DNA of 60,404 nucleotides from a virus, in the IMG/VR virus record IMGVR_UViG_3300032144_000011, positions 1-60,404 of that record; one strand, given 5' to 3'. Below are positions 59,524 through 60,404 of this stretch, piece after piece (the first letter of the stretch is position 1; each line of letters opens with the position of its first letter). The notes under the pieces were generated by a model that was not told the origin of the DNA, made no database searches, and was given only the letters and a program-made list of their open reading frames with translations. A program made the translations under genes and the position numbers.

Positions 59524-60404
59524 TCAGGTGCGGATTTCGGGTTTCGGGAAAGCGCGCTTGTCGAAGCCGTAGGTCCAGGCGTTCGCCTCAAGCGCGGTCT
59601 TCATCGTCGGCGGCACAGGAAGGGCGAATTTTCGGCCCGTGCCGCAGAGAACCCGGAGAAAGCGCTCGCGGCCCACATCCGGGATATCGACCTCGACCAG
59701 CTCGCCGATCATCGGATCGCTGTCGGTGTCGATCGTTCTGGCATTCAGCTCGGTCAGGATGCGCGCCCAGCCCACAAGCTCGCAGGCGACGCGGCGCTGT
59801 TCGATGTTGCTCCAGGTGAGCGCCGTCTTCGGCGTGAGCGATTCCTTGCGCTCAATCCATTCGGCCGGCACGCGGACACCGTTCACGGCATAGATCGCCC
59901 AGCCGTCCGGATAGGCGACTGCGGGACCGGCGACGGAATGCAACCGCCCGGCCGCGTTCCGCTGCAGCACGTGATGCCGCTCCGAAACCCAGCAGATATG
60001 CTCGTGCGGCAGCGCCCATCCTCCCGAGCGCGCGAGAAGCCACAGCCCCCGCAGCCGCTCGGTCTCGGCTCCAAGGCCGCAGGTCTCATGAAAAAAATCG
60101 AAAAAGCCCAACCAGGATGCGTCGTGCTGTCCGTAGACGCTGGCCCAGACGCTGGCCCAGACGCTGTCCCAGACGCTGGCCCCGACGCTGTCCCGGACGC
60201 TGGCCCGGACGCTGTCCCAGACGCTGGCCCGGACGCTGTCCCGGACGCTGGCCCCGACGCTGGCCCCGACGCTGGCCCCGACGCTGGCCCGGACGCTGTC
60301 CCGGACGCTGTCCCAGACGCTGGCCCCGACGCTGTCCCCGACGCTGTCCCGGACGCTGGCCCGGACGCTGTCCCAGACGCTGGCCCGGACGCTGTCCCGG
60401 ACGC
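59524..60404 (-). CDS. C-terminal fragment of DUF6745-like tetrapeptide-repeat protein (enters from the right edge)
   Basis: Track ORF 59524..60111 is open upstream. The same frame reads ...SVWDSVWASVWASVYGQHDASW(L)GFFDFFHE... through the 12-bp repeats to position 60404 without a stop. Confidence 0.8.
   Translation of the reverse strand, partial: VRDSVRASVWDSVRASVRDSVGDSVGASVWDSVRDSVRASVGASVGASVGASVRDSVRASVWDSVRASVRDSVGASVWDSVWASVWASVYGQHDASWLGFFDFFHETCGLGAETERLRGLWLLARSGGWALPHEHICWVSERHHVLQRNAAGRLHSVAGPAVAYPDGWAIYAVNGVRVPAEWIERKESLTPKTALTWSNIEQRRVACELVGWARILTELNARTIDTDSDPMIGELVEVDIPDVGRERFLRVLCGTGRKFALPVPPTMKTALEANAWTYGFDKRAFPKPEIRT
60136..60404 (-). repeat. 12-bp tandem repeat array, right-edge part
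   Basis: About 22 units of GACGCT(GG/GT)CCC(A/C/G), plus one degenerate unit at 60124-60135. Same unit and phase as 1-184. Confidence 0.95.

Larger units (their letters stand above)
1..60404. mobile_element. Complete temperate lambda-like phage genome, apparently circular or circularly permuted; no host genes recognised
   Basis: Phage gene content is continuous: lysogeny switch, integrase plus att core, replication and modification genes, lambda-type head module, tail module, lysis cassette. Window termini share an identical 35-nt overlap. Confidence 0.8.

Noticed and set aside
60136-60404. The terminal 12-bp repeat arrays as a CRISPR array or non-coding satellite.
   Set aside because: The units are contiguous with no spacers and the period is 12 bp. 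They are in frame with flanking coding sequence on the minus strand. No cas genes are present.
1-60404. Integrated prophage with attL/attR and host flanks.
   Set aside because: I saw only one copy of the tRNA-derived core and no host-type genes. Both window edges fall in the same phage gene. I could not run an exhaustive repeat search, so a second short core copy is not strictly excluded.

Overview
GC-rich 60.4-kb window that reads end to end as one complete temperate, lambda-like siphophage genome. The host is probably an alphaproteobacterium (phage GapR/DUF2312 homologue, att core derived from tRNA-Arg). I saw no recognisable host genes. The first 35 nt equal the last 35 nt. One minus-strand gene, a DUF6745-like protein carrying about 35 copies of a 12-bp (tetrapeptide) repeat, is split across the window edges. 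The simplest reading is a circular or circularly permuted molecule. Layout: (1) A divergent HTH switch at 3.7-4.5 kb with a shared operator motif. (2) A rightward (+) operon at 4.5-16.6 kb encoding Dam-type and MT-A70 methylases, DUF1937, a HerA-like ATPase, a GapR-like protein, Gp37/Gp68 and an SNF2 helicase. (3) attP at about 17.0 kb (tRNA-Arg 3' fragment plus arm repeats), then a J-domain protein and a tyrosine integrase. (4) A leftward (-) early operon running 3.9 kb to 1 and wrapping to 60.4-57.5 kb (VRR-NUC, replication HTH, repeat protein, NusG-like factor). (5) The late operon at 57.1 to 20.4 kb: TerS, gpA-type TerL, gpW, portal, S49 protease, scaffold, gpD, gpE capsid, connectors, tube, G/GT chaperone, TMP, tip proteins, J, fibre and lysis cassette. 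The most unusual content is threefold. Five translationally coupled glycosyltransferase/methyltransferase genes sit between the capsid and head-completion genes. Several virion-module proteins look carbohydrate-active (GH9-like, Ig/LamG, beta-helix-like). Every sizeable gap of the late operon holds an opposite-strand small membrane, secreted or lipoprotein ORF. All family names come from reading motifs by eye, not from searches. Many long R/A/P-rich ORFs in the track are GC-driven shadow frames and were discarded.
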